Below, one piece after another: positions 28,286 to 37,269 of a stretch of DNA of 42,794 nucleotides. This DNA is from Candidatus Nealsonbacteria bacterium. GTDB lineage: Bacteria; Patescibacteriota; Minisyncoccia; Minisyncoccales; MHMH01. The stretch's first letter is position 1, and the number at the start of each line of letters is the position of its first letter. The notes under the pieces are model-generated. The model had not been told where the DNA came from. It made no database searches and worked only from the letters and a program-made list of their open reading frames with translations. The stretch lies in the NCBI GenBank assembly GCA_016181985.1, contig JACOYG010000001.1, positions 1-42,794 on the forward strand, given 5' to 3'. A program made the translations under genes and the position numbers.

Positions 28286-30356
28286 TGACCTCTTTCATTG
28301 ATAAATTGATCCTGCCCTGGTCGTCAATTTCAATAACTTTTACCGGAACAATGTCCCCTATTTTTACTATGTCTTCAACTTTCTCAACGCGATAAGGCGC
28401 CAATTGAGAAATATGGACCAGGCCCTCTTGCCCGGGAAGAATTTCCACGAAAGCTCCAAAATTCATAATTCTTTTAACTTTTCCTTGAAAGGTTTCGCCC
28501 ACCTTAACTTCCCTGGTGATATCGCTGATCCATTCCAGGGCTTTTTTAGCGGCCTCCTCCTTTTCCGCAGTGATGAATATTTTGCCCGAGTCCTCAATGT
28601 CGATGGCAACCTCGCATTTATCGATTATTTCATTGATAATTTTGCCGCCAGGCCCTATTACTTCTCTGATTTTTTCGGGTTTAATTTGTATGGTGTAGAT
28701 TCTGGGAGCCCATGGCGATAATTCCGGTCTGGGTTTAGGCAAAACTTTATCTATTTTTTCCAAAATTTGCAGTCTTACTTTTTTAGCCAAATTTAAGGCA
28801 TCTTTCATGATGCTTTCGTTTATTCCCTCTATCTTAACGTCCATCTGAATAGCGGTAATGCCGTTTTTTGTGCCGGCTATTTTAAAATCCATGTCTCCGT
28901 GATGATCCTCGGGGCCCTGGATATCGGCTAATACTTTGTATTTGCCGGATTCATCGGTCATCAAACCCATGGCGATTCCGGCTGCTGCCGACTTGATCGG
29001 CACTCCGGCATCCATCAAGGCCAAAGAAGCGGCTGAAACCGAGGCCATGGATGAAGAGCCGTTTGAAGATAAAATTTCAGTTACCGTTCTCATGGTGTAC
29101 GGGAAATCATCAAAATTGGGCACTAAAGAAAAAAGAGCTTTTTCTGCCAGCATGCCATGGCCGATTTCCCGGCGTCCGGGCCCCCTCATCGGCTTAACTT
29201 CGCCGGAAGAATAAGGTGGAAAATTATAGTGATGCATGAATCTCTTTTTTCCCCTTATTTCCATGCCGTCTAAAAGCCTTACATCGGAAGGCGCTCCCAA
29301 GGTTAGGATAGAAAGGGCCTTGGTCTGTCCCCTCATAAAAAGGCCGGAGCCGTGCGTTCTCGGCAAAAGGCCGACCTCAACCTCAATCGGTCTTATTTCG
29401 TCGAGTTTTCTGCCGTCGGGCCTCTTGTCTTTTTTCAAAATATTTTCGTGAATTAACCTGTTTATTTCCTCATCGAAGATTTTTTTAACCGAAGATTGCT
29501 TTCCGGGGTATTTTTCTTCAATATGCAAAAGCAATTCTTCTTTCAGCGAATCAACTTTCTCTATTTGATTTTTATCCGGGTAAAGAGCTTTTTCTAGCCT
29601 GTCGCCGATAAATTTCATTGCTTCGTTTTCCAATTCTTTGTCTTCCGGCGCTTCTTTAATGGCGATTTTTTCTTTGCCGGTTTTTTTAATGATTTCTTTT
29701 TGAAAATCAAGAAGTTTTTTGGAATATTGTTTGGCGAACTGCCAGGCCTCGAGCATGGTTTCTTCGCCTTTTTCCGCCCCCTCCATTTCAATCATGTTTA
29801 TAATATCGGGATCCGTGCCGGCAAAAAGTAAATCAAACTGGCCGTTGCCTCTTTCTTCGTAAGTCGGATTTAGTATAAATTTATTGTCGATTTGGCCGAT
29901 TCTTAAAACACTTAAGGGGCCCTGCCAAGGAATGTCGGAGATGGAAAGAGCGATTGATGCGGCCAGCAAACCTATTGCGTCGGGGTCGTTTTGCCCGTCC
30001 CACGAAAGGCAGGTGATAACTACCTGTATTTCTTTGCGCAGATTTTTGGGAAACCTCGGCCTGATGGCCCTGTCAATTGCTCTGGCGGTGAGTACGGCCT
30101 CATCCGAGGGCCGGCCTTCCCTTCTCATGAAGCGCGAGCCGAGAATTTTTCCAGCGGCATAGTATCTTTCTTCGTATTCCACCGTTAAAGGGAAAAAATC
30201 CTGTTCCATTTTCTTGTCAGCCATGACGGCCGTGGCTAAAACCACCGTATCGCCGTACCTGACAAAAACCGAACCGTTGGCTTTTTCGGCCAAGTTATTT
30301 ACATCAACAATAATATCCCTGCCGCCAAGTTCTAGTTTAAAAGTTTCTTTAGGCAT
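28266..30356 (-). CDS. pnp: Polyribonucleotide nucleotidyltransferase
   Basis: DFFPLTVEY, HGSGLF.RG.T, HYNFPPYS, SNGSSSMAS, GDMDFKIAGT, KH and S1 domains. Confidence 0.98.
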   Translation of the reverse strand: MPKETFKLELGGRDIIVDVNNLAEKANGSVFVRYGDTVVLATAVMADKKMEQDFFPLTVEYEERYYAAGKILGSRFMRREGRPSDEAVLTARAIDRAIRPRFPKNLRKEIQVVITCLSWDGQNDPDAIGLLAASIALSISDIPWQGPLSVLRIGQIDNKFILNPTYEERGNGQFDLLFAGTDPDIINMIEMEGAEKGEETMLEAWQFAKQYSKKLLDFQKEIIKKTGKEKIAIKEAPEDKELENEAMKFIGDRLEKALYPDKNQIEKVDSLKEELLLHIEEKYPGKQSSVKKIFDEEINRLIHENILKKDKRPDGRKLDEIRPIEVEVGLLPRTHGSGLFMRGQTKALSILTLGAPSDVRLLDGMEIRGKKRFMHHYNFPPYSSGEVKPMRGPGRREIGHGMLAEKALFSLVPNFDDFPYTMRTVTEILSSNGSSSMASVSAASLALMDAGVPIKSAAAGIAMGLMTDESGKYKVLADIQGPEDHHGDMDFKIAGTKNGITAIQMDVKIEGINESIMKDALNLAKKVRLQILEKIDKVLPKPRPELSPWAPRIYTIQIKPEKIREVIGPGGKIINEIIDKCEVAIDIEDSGKIFITAEKEEAAKKALEWISDITREVKVGETFQGKVKRIMNFGAFVEILPGQEGLVHISQLAPYRVEKVEDIVKIGDIVPVKVIEIDDQGRINLSMKEVNARGNN

Positions 30357-30856
30357 TATTTTTTTAATAAATAAATTTCAGGGGATTCTCCCAAGTCAAT
30401 AAACTCATCGGCTACCTCTCTTAATTTACTGGAGGCCGATTTGCCAAAGGCCATTACCTCGACCCTGATCCCCTGATTTTTTAAGTATTCAACCAGCTGA
30501 ATAAAGTCGCCATCTCCCGAAACCAAAACAATAACATCCGCCTTATTGGCGCATTTGATGGCGTCAACGGAAATTCCCACATCCCAATCGGCTTTCTTCA
30601 TGCCGCCGTAAAACTCCTGCAGATCCCTAACTCTAGTTTCCATGCCCAGCTTAATCAAGGCGTCAAAAAACGGCTTTTCTTCGCCGGTTTTAGTTCTAAC
30701 TACATAGGCAAAAGCTCTGATTAACCGCCTTTCCGAAACCGCTGATTTTAAAATTTCAGCGAAGTTAGCCTTCGCCCGATAGAGATTTTTGGCGGAATGA
30801 TACATATTCTGCACGTCGATCAGAACCACCACTCTTTGTTCTTTAGGTTTGAGCAT
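30356..30856 (-). CDS. NYN domain protein (LabA/DUF88)
   Basis: IDVQNMY, KADWDVG, LVSGDGDF, AD.FID. Confidence 0.9.
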   Translation of the reverse strand: MLKPKEQRVVVLIDVQNMYHSAKNLYRAKANFAEILKSAVSERRLIRAFAYVVRTKTGEEKPFFDALIKLGMETRVRDLQEFYGGMKKADWDVGISVDAIKCANKADVIVLVSGDGDFIQLVEYLKNQGIRVEVMAFGKSASSKLREVADEFIDLGESPEIYLLKK

Positions 30857-31122
30857 TACTTTTTTACGCCGATTTTTTTAATAGTGCTGTTGTATTTTCT
30901 GGTATCCGCTTCTTTTAAATAGTTCAGCAATTTTTTTCTTTTAGACACCATTTTTAAAAGCCCGCGCCTGGAATGGACGTCCTTTTTGTGTTTTTTTAAA
31001 TGAGAAAGCAGCCTTTTGATTTCTTCGGTCAATAAAGCGATTTGCACTTCTTCAGATCCGGTATCCTTTTCGTGCCTCTTAAAATCCTCTATAACTTTTG
31101 TTTTTTCTTTTGTTGTGAGCAT
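30856..31122 (-). CDS. rpsO: 30S ribosomal protein S15
   Basis: [24 protein letters not shown]. Confidence 0.97.
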   Translation of the reverse strand: MLTTKEKTKVIEDFKRHEKDTGSEEVQIALLTEEIKRLLSHLKKHKKDVHSRRGLLKMVSKRKKLLNYLKEADTRKYNSTIKKIGVKK

Positions 31123-31174
31123 ATATATTAATATCTTAGCACATAAATTTTATTATTGCAAAATTTATGATTTG

Positions 31175-31247
31175 TGCCCCCAGCAGGGCTCGAACCTGCA
31201 ACCTTCTCGTTAAGAGCGAGCTGCTCTACCAGTTGAGCTATGGAGGC
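31175..31247 (-). tRNA. tRNA-Lys(CTT)
   Basis: Cloverleaf gcctcca...tgggggc, anticodon loop ctCTTaa, GGTTCGAG T-arm; CCA not encoded. Confidence 0.93.
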
Positions 31248-31252
31248 CCTTC

Positions 31253-31681
31253 TTACGGAGTTTTGCACTGAATATTATACCATTTCCAGCCATTCCCCAA
31301 TTCAACAACCCCGATTTTATCAAACACGGTGTTAACAATAACCCAAGCGGCAAAAATAATCAAGAGGCCGACAACAGCCGCAGTGATTACCCCCTTAGCT
31401 TTGTTAAAAGCATCGGCTTTTGCTCCGGCAAAAAGCAGCAACACCCCGCCGATTATAAACATCAGAGACGCCACGGTCGGAACCACCCAAGTGAATATCC
31501 ACTCAAGGAGATTGCTACCCATCACAAAAATATCGCAGAACTCGCAAGGCACATAACCTAATGTTGCATCTATGCGGTTAGCCGGTTCAACAATCCCCGG
31601 TCCGCAGGTCACTAAGGCTGCTTGGACTTGGCTAATTCCCAAAAATAAAAACAAAAAAATTACTAAAAATATTTTTTTCAT
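31253..31681 (-). CDS. CPR pilin-like (VirB2/TrbC-type) protein
   Basis: Signal peptide, LVTCG...PCEFCD, GG......AG....KAK..I..A.VGL.IIF.AW.IVN. Confidence 0.75.
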   Translation of the reverse strand: MKKIFLVIFLFLFLGISQVQAALVTCGPGIVEPANRIDATLGYVPCEFCDIFVMGSNLLEWIFTWVVPTVASLMFIIGGVLLLFAGAKADAFNKAKGVITAAVVGLLIIFAAWVIVNTVFDKIGVVELGNGWKWYNIQCKTP

Positions 31682-31833
31682 TATTTTATTATACCATGTT
31701 TAATTTTTTGCTTGTTTTTGAATATTTTCCAAAATTCAATGGCTCTTTTCAGCCAAAGCATTCTTTGATAAGGGGTAGTATTTTCAAAAATATAAATTAA
31801 ATTTTCGTCCACGTATTTATCGCTTTTTTTCAT
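31681..31833 (-). CDS. Small partner protein of the nucleotidyltransferase (50 aa, absent from the ORF track)
   Basis: MKKSDKYVDENLIYIFENTTPYQRMLWLKRAIEFWKIF...; overlaps both neighbours (TAATG coupling with the pilin gene). Confidence 0.6.
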   Translation of the reverse strand: MKKSDKYVDENLIYIFENTTPYQRMLWLKRAIEFWKIFKNKQKIKHGIIK

Positions 31834-32329
31834 TTTGTTTAATTTTTTTAAGATTTTCTACATCAATAATGTCTTTGGGCCTGGCTAATGCCGCCTTCAT
31901 TTTTATCAGGTCATTCATGAAAATCAGAGGTATTTTCAAGCGCCCGGCTTTAATAAACTTTTTTCTTTTTAAGATCTGCGAGACATTGGGCAAGTTTACG
32001 CCGACGTCCACGGTTTTGAAGGCATCTTTCGGATCATAAAAAGACATTACTTTCATGTTTTTTTCCTTCGCCAGCCTTGCCAATGTTTCTTTTCGAATAA
32101 ATTCGTTTTTTTTGATGGGAACCCTCGTTTTGTATCCTAATTTTAGCAGGACATCGTAAAGTTTTTCTAGGTTTTTCTCATCTAAAGATACTATTAAATC
32201 TAAATCAATAGTTAATCTTGCGAAACCAAACATAACTACCGCCGATCCCCCGCAGACGACATAATCAACCCTCGCTTTATTCAAAGCCCTGTAAACCTCT
32301 TCGTAAGGAATTTCTTCCCGACTTCTCAT
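31817..32329 (-). CDS. Nucleotidyltransferase family protein (DUF6036/AbiEii-like)
   Basis: YVVCGGSAV..G..R.T.DLDL, LI.MK....RPKD..D. Confidence 0.8.
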   Translation of the reverse strand: MRSREEIPYEEVYRALNKARVDYVVCGGSAVVMFGFARLTIDLDLIVSLDEKNLEKLYDVLLKLGYKTRVPIKKNEFIRKETLARLAKEKNMKVMSFYDPKDAFKTVDVGVNLPNVSQILKRKKFIKAGRLKIPLIFMNDLIKMKAALARPKDIIDVENLKKIKQNEKKR

Positions 32330-32407
32330 GGTTATATCTTAACAGATTTATCGGCATTCTGCTAGGTTTCGCGCCCGAATAAAGGAGAACTGTTCTCCTT
32401 CGCTGTA

Positions 32408-33331
32408 TTACGCGCGTTCCAAGATTTTAAATCCGTCCATTATGGCATCGCAGAGAAAATCCTCCAGCTGACTGTGGTCGTTCTTGGTTTGCGCTTTGTA
32501 AAGATAAGTGTAATAAAGCTGTTTTTGTTCTTGGCGGATAATAGCCGGGGCAAAATTGGCCTTTAATAACATAGCTTGCGTCAGCAGGCGTCCGATGCGG
32601 CCGTTGCCGTCAGAGAATGGATGAATTTGTTCAAATTGACTATGGATTTTAGCGGTCAAGGCGATAACATCTTTAGTTATTTGAGCGGCTTCTTTGGCAA
32701 GCGCCGGCATAAAATCGGGGATTTTTAGATAATTAACCGTCGGCAAATTGCTGCCGGTAATTCGTACAGCGTGGCGGCGATATTGGCCGGCATCGCCGAG
32801 AATACCGTTCATTAGAATAGCGTGGAGTTTTAAAATTAAATTTTCGTCTATTGCGCCATTTTTGAGAATATAGTCAAAAAGATAATTAAGCGCGGCTTGG
32901 TGGTTTTTTGCTTCCAGCTGTTCCGTCAAAGTTTTATCTGGCAGGGCGGCATTGTCAAAAAGAATGGCGGCCGTATCCGGTTCGGTGAGAGTGTTCCCCT
33001 CTATGCGGTTGGTGTGGTAAGTAAGCTTTAGAATGAATTGGTCGCGAATATCCGGATTATCTAAAATCTCGGCAACAACGCTTTTGTGTTCAGATGATTT
33101 TTGGCGCAGTATCCGTTTTTTTGCGTTAAGCTGTTCTGACGAGATAATTTTTTGGCCAGTAACCTCTAAAAATAGTTGCTCAATGGCGGCTTGCATCTTT
33201 GGGCGAGGCGTTGATTTGCCGGTCCACCAGCTGTTAAATGCAGCAAAAGATACGCCGAATCGTTCGGCTAATTTAGTTTGCGTGAGCCCCAGTAATTTTT
33301 GGATGATTTCCAATTTTTGACGGACGGTCAT
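32408..33331 (-). CDS. HTH(XRE)-Fic domain protein
   Basis: LTQTKLAERFGVS HTH; inhibitory-type motif TNRIEGN; Fic motif HPFSDGNGRIGR. Confidence 0.92.
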   Translation of the reverse strand: MTVRQKLEIIQKLLGLTQTKLAERFGVSFAAFNSWWTGKSTPRPKMQAAIEQLFLEVTGQKIISSEQLNAKKRILRQKSSEHKSVVAEILDNPDIRDQFILKLTYHTNRIEGNTLTEPDTAAILFDNAALPDKTLTEQLEAKNHQAALNYLFDYILKNGAIDENLILKLHAILMNGILGDAGQYRRHAVRITGSNLPTVNYLKIPDFMPALAKEAAQITKDVIALTAKIHSQFEQIHPFSDGNGRIGRLLTQAMLLKANFAPAIIRQEQKQLYYTYLYKAQTKNDHSQLEDFLCDAIMDGFKILERA

Positions 33332-33337
33332 AAAACT

Positions 33338-33390
33338 ATTGTAGCAAACTTTATAAAGTTAGTCAAAAAGAAGCAAACTTTATAAAGTTA
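33338..33390 (-). promoter_or_regulatory. Fic promoter with two palindromic operators
   Basis: TTGACT(33361-33366)-17-TACAAT(33338-33343); agcaaactttataaagtta at 33343-33361 and 33372-33390. Confidence 0.8.
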
Positions 33391-33423
33391 TGGGGAGCCA
33401 AAAAATAAAGTCAGAAGAATCTT

Positions 33424-33580
33424 GCGGACAACGGGTGTCCGCAGGCGGGTGTCCCTCTGCGAAAATTCGAAAAGGCGGCGGAGCCGCACCTCTGACAACC
33501 TGCCCGCAATGCTACATGCTACGCCAGCCCGCATGACTCGCATCAGCGTGTCTGGCGGGCATAAGCGTTGCAGGCGGGTT
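33424..33580. repeat. Cluster of GC-rich palindromic mini-elements
   Basis: gcggacaacgggtgtccgc; cctgcccgcaatgct...agcgttgcaggcggg enclosing a further cccgc...ggcggg element. Confidence 0.5.
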
Positions 33581-33689
33581 TCAAGTTTTTCTATGAGTTA
33601 ATAATAACTCATTTCAGTAAATTTTTCAAGAAAAATGAGCTTGAAAAATTTACTGCTTTGGCGGCAAATTCTTGTTCCTTAGAATTCAT

Positions 33690-33730
33690 AAAAAGAAAAG
33701 CCCGCCAGAGGTCCAAAGGACATGGCGGGC
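33690..33730 (-). terminator. Intrinsic terminator of the GC-rich ORF
   Basis: gcccgcca...tggcgggc followed by ttttctttt on the minus strand. Confidence 0.7.
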
Positions 33731-33738
33731 AACGTGCG

Positions 33739-34170
33739 TTAAGCAGATGCCGGGCTGTACTGAATCCGGCGTTTGTCTGCTTCGGCCCAAGCAGCAGCGG
33801 CTTCTGCTTCGGGATCATCGCTCATCGTCCAGTCCTCGAAGCGAAAAGCTTGATTGCTTCCTGGACCTGTTCGACCGGCCGAGATGATTCTCAGGCGTTC
33901 GGGGCTCCACTGTTCTCCGGGAATCTGAGCGCGTCCGTCTCCCCGCAGAAGAACCCATGCCTGAATTGATCCGAAGAGTCGCCCCGGTCCCTTCCGGAAG
34001 TGAAGGGTGATGAAGCAGTCTCTCCGGCTGGGAGCGAAGGGGTCTGGCGCGTAAACGTCGACCCTGATCACGGTGAGGTCGGCTGTGTAGTTGAACAGGT
34101 GTTCGAGCGCTCGTTCCGTAGCCGTGATCGCGATCCAGACCGAATTGGTGATAGACATCCTGGTTGCCAT
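33739..34170 (-). CDS. Hypothetical protein, GC-rich
   Basis: SD gaggagg, upstream TTGACA-17-TATACT promoter, downstream terminator; visibly higher GC than the flanks. Confidence 0.6.
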   Translation of the reverse strand: MATRMSITNSVWIAITATERALEHLFNYTADLTVIRVDVYAPDPFAPSRRDCFITLHFRKGPGRLFGSIQAWVLLRGDGRAQIPGEQWSPERLRIISAGRTGPGSNQAFRFEDWTMSDDPEAEAAAAWAEADKRRIQYSPASA

Positions 34171-34195
34171 TGCTTGCCTCCTCTGTCTTAGAGTG

Positions 34196-34337
34196 CATCC
34201 AAAGAATTATTCTTGGATGGCCGCTGTCTCAGCAGCACCAAATACTCAAGGGTTATTAAATACTTGGTGCTACTGAGACAAATTTCAAATAGCGATTTTA
34301 CTGTTTGTAGTATAGCAAATCTATGTCTATATGTCAA
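34196..34337 (-). promoter_or_regulatory. Promoter plus long-hairpin 5' leader of ORF 33739-34170
   Basis: TTGACA(34332-34337)-17-TATACT(34309-34314); ~25 bp stem at 34225-34280; second hairpin at 34196-34219. Confidence 0.6.
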
Positions 34338-34505
34338 TAGCAACAAAAAATCAGCATTTCTGCCGTTTCTTGTCTAAAATTATTATGAAAAATTCTCTTT
34401 TCGCAAAAACGGAATCGCCAACTGATTTTTCCGCCCAAAATTCAATACGAAATGACCGCCGAGCGAAGCGAGGCGGCTTCCTCCGGCTTGCCTTTTTCTA
34501 AAGTG

Positions 34506-34577
34506 TGCCCCTGGAAGGAATCGAACCCTCATCACTGGGTCCGAAGCCCAGCACTCTATCCATTAAGCTACAGGGGC
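34506..34577 (-). tRNA. tRNA-Arg(TCG)
   Basis: gcccctg...caggggc acceptor, ctggg-ctTCGga-cccag anticodon arm, GGTTCGATT. Confidence 0.92.
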
Positions 34578-34583
34578 GAATTA

Positions 34584-34843
34584 TTATTTGTAAATTTCGT
34601 GAGTGCCGATATTTACGAAGATAATCTCACTATCATTAATTAAGAATTTAAACATTATGCGGTAGCTATAGTTTACCCAGAAAGCATAAAGTCTTTGTGA
34701 GTTTTAAGCGAGCGATGGAATGGATCCTTGAGAAAAAGACTTTCTCTTTTAAGAAAGTCACGTTCGACCTGGGCCGTAATTTTAGATAGTGATTCGAGAA
34801 AATGGGCAGAATAGTAAATCTTTTGAACGCCCCTATTTTGCAT
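34584..34843 (-). pseudogene. RelE/YafQ-like toxin, frameshifted
   Basis: MQNRGVQKIYYSAHF...DPFHRSLKTHK, then in another frame LYAFWVNYSYRIMF...FVNIGTHEIYK. Confidence 0.75.
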
Positions 34844-35067
34844 GCTCCTTGGCTTTTTTTAATATTTCAGCAAAATTTCTAGCCAACTTTAATTTCCCAT
34901 TTTTTAATTCATTTTTAAAAATTCGGATCGCCTCGTCGGTATCCTTTTCCTCCCATTCTCTCCTCTTTTGCCACCTTAAAAATTCCTCAAATTTTTTTCG
35001 AGGCACGATAAGTAATTCCTCCCCGCGGGTCATTTCCTTGGGGATTGTTATAGTATTGTTGGTCATC
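34833..35067 (-). CDS. Putative antitoxin upstream of the RelE-like pseudogene
   Basis: TITIPKEMTRGEEL.IVPRK.FE..., overlaps the toxin start; start codon uncertain (35067/35076/35102). Confidence 0.65.
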
Positions 35068-35131
35068 AGATTCATTATCTTATTATTTTTGTGATTTGTC
35101 AAGAAGGAAATTTTAAGATAGAATTAATTCA

Positions 35132-36601
35132 ATGGAAATACCAAAAGAAGTAAAATCTGTTACGGAAAAGTTGAAAAAGGCCGGCTTTGAGGCATATATT
35201 GTCGGCGGTTGCGTCAGGGATTTTCTGCGGGGAGTGGAACCAAAAGATTGGGACGCCACCACCAACGCCAAACCGGAAGAAATTCGCAAGGTTTTTCCTA
35301 AAAGCTTTTACGAAAACAAGTTTTTAACGGTGACCGTCCAAACAGCCAGCAAAGACGAAAAGCTTAAAGAAGTAGAGGTTACCACCTATCGTTCCGAAGG
35401 CGGGTACACGGATAAAAGGCACCCCGACGAGGTGATGTTTGCCAAGACACTGGAGGAGGATTTAACTAGGAGGGATTTCACCATAAATGCGATGGCTTTG
35501 ACACCCGGTGTCAAGGCGTCGACACCGGGTGTCGTGGACCTTTTCGGCGGGCAGAAAGATTTGGCGGCAAAAATCATTCGGACTGTTGGCGTTCCCGAAG
35601 AAAGGTTTGGGGAGGACGCTCTAAGAATGATGAGGGCGGTCAGATTCGCCGCTACTCTGGGGGAAAAATGGAAAATCGAGTCAAAAACAGAAGAAGCGAT
35701 AAAAAAGAATGCTCCATGGCTTCAGGCAATTTCCAAAGAAAGAATTAGAGATGAGTTTATGAAAATTATCGCTTCAGAAAGAGCGGTCGATGGCATTGAT
35801 CTTTTACGGAAATTGGGCCTTCTGAAGCATATTATCCCAGAATTAGAGGAAGGATATGGTGTTCCTCAAAACAAGCACCATATTTACGATTGCTATAAGC
35901 ATTCCCTGCTTTCTATGGATTATGCCGCCAAGAAAGGGTTTAACGACCACGTGAAAATAGCCGCCCTGCTCCACGACATAGCCAAGCCCAAAGTGAAGCG
36001 CGGCGAAGGGCCAGATTCCACTTTTTATAACCACGAAGTAGTGGGAGCCAGAATGACTGTCGCAATCTTGAACCGGTTAAAATTTGCCAAAAAAGACATT
36101 GAAAAGATTGCCAAGCTGGTCAGATATCATCTTTTCTATTATAATGTTGATGAAGTGACGGAGTCCTCCGTGAGGAGATTGGTCAGGCAGGTGGGCCCCG
36201 AGAGCATGGAAGAGTTATTGCAGGTAAGAATGGCCGACAGGATCGGCTCCGGCGTTCCGAAAGCCGAGCCGTATAAATTGCGACATTTAAAATACGTCAT
36301 TGAAAAGGTTTCTAGGGATCCTATCTCCGCCAAGATGCTTAAAATCAATGGGGACGATATAATGCGACATTTGAACATAAGCCCTGGGCCGAAAATAGGA
36401 CAAATTTTGGACATTTTATTAGGACATGTCATAAATGATCCGGAAAAGAACCAAAAAGAATTATTAGCGAAGGAGGTTGACATGCTTGGCAGGTTAGACG
36501 AAAAAGAGCTTAAGGTTTTCTCGCAAAAAGCCCAAGAAGAGCGCGAAAACTTGGAAGTTAAAGAAGACAAAATGACGAAAAATAAATATTGGGTAACATA
36601 G
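35132..36601 (+). CDS. cca: CCA tRNA nucleotidyltransferase with HD domain
   Basis: YIVGGCVRD, DWD, RRDFTINA, EDALRMMRAVRF, ISKERI, LLHDIAKP. Confidence 0.92.
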   Translation: MEIPKEVKSVTEKLKKAGFEAYIVGGCVRDFLRGVEPKDWDATTNAKPEEIRKVFPKSFYENKFLTVTVQTASKDEKLKEVEVTTYRSEGGYTDKRHPDEVMFAKTLEEDLTRRDFTINAMALTPGVKASTPGVVDLFGGQKDLAAKIIRTVGVPEERFGEDALRMMRAVRFAATLGEKWKIESKTEEAIKKNAPWLQAISKERIRDEFMKIIASERAVDGIDLLRKLGLLKHIIPELEEGYGVPQNKHHIYDCYKHSLLSMDYAAKKGFNDHVKIAALLHDIAKPKVKRGEGPDSTFYNHEVVGARMTVAILNRLKFAKKDIEKIAKLVRYHLFYYNVDEVTESSVRRLVRQVGPESMEELLQVRMADRIGSGVPKAEPYKLRHLKYVIEKVSRDPISAKMLKINGDDIMRHLNISPGPKIGQILDILLGHVINDPEKNQKELLAKEVDMLGRLDEKELKVFSQKAQEERENLEVKEDKMTKNKYWVT

Positions 36602-36616
36602 TTTTCACGTGAAACG
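36601..36616. other. parS-like site
   Basis: gttttcacgtgaaacg versus consensus TGTTTCACGTGAAACA (13/16, core intact). Confidence 0.5.
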
Positions 36617-36685
36617 GGGTGTAGTATAACGGCAGTATACAGACTTCGGGAGTCTGCGGCCTGGGTCCAATTCCCAGCACCCCGA
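36615..36685 (+). tRNA. tRNA-Pro(CGG)
   Basis: cggggtg...caccccg acceptor, cagac-ttCGGga-gtctg anticodon arm. Confidence 0.9.
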
Positions 36686-36688
36686 CAT

Positions 36689-37210
36689 ATGTTTAATCAA
36701 AAAGGGCAGATTCATATCATTCTTTTGGTATTATTAGTACTCGGCTTTATCCTGTACGTTAATTTTTCGGACAAGTCGTTTTTGAAATTCATTTTACCGA
36801 CATCGTCTTCCTCCAAATCAACTCCGGCGCAAAAACAATTAACACCAGTTGTTTCTCCGTCAACACCTGGTGTTGTTGCCCCGGCTCCGGTTGTGCCGGT
36901 TGTTGTGCAAGACAGAACGCCGCCGGTGATCAGCAATATTTCCCATCAAGGCGATGTTTTTCTGCCGGGAACCAGGGAAGTGGTAATTAGCGTTTCCACT
37001 GACGAACCAGCTTCTTGCAGGTATACCGCAAATCCCGAATCATCGTCATGGAATGCAATGTCGTGGTACGATGAAACGAGGAGATTTCACGTAAAGACGA
37101 TTACCGGATTAAGAGACGGCATGTCGTATGATTTTTTTGTCCGCTGTCAGGATTTTAATGGGAATAGCAATACCGGAAACGTATTGATAAGTTTCAGCGT
37201 AAAGCCGTAA
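36689..37210 (+). CDS. Membrane-anchored exported protein with Ig/FN3-like C-terminal domain
   Basis: NQKG|Q hydrophobic N-terminus (prepilin-like), Pro-rich linker, D.TPP.I, TDE.A.CRY, Y..VRC.D..GN. Confidence 0.7.
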   Translation: MFNQKGQIHIILLVLLVLGFILYVNFSDKSFLKFILPTSSSSKSTPAQKQLTPVVSPSTPGVVAPAPVVPVVVQDRTPPVISNISHQGDVFLPGTREVVISVSTDEPASCRYTANPESSSWNAMSWYDETRRFHVKTITGLRDGMSYDFFVRCQDFNGNSNTGNVLISFSVKP

Positions 37211-37213
37211 TTT

Positions 37214-37258
37214 AAGATTTACGAAATCCACTCAAATTTGAGAGGATTTCGTAAATCA
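37214..37258. terminator. Intergenic hairpin
   Basis: gatttacgaaatcc-actcaaatttgaga-ggatttcgtaaatc. Confidence 0.5.
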
Positions 37259-37269
37259 ATTATTAGAAT

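Noticed and set aside
31247..34506. Prophage or integrase-bearing island between tRNAs
   Set aside because: No integrase or phage genes, and no duplicated tRNA 3' end was found.
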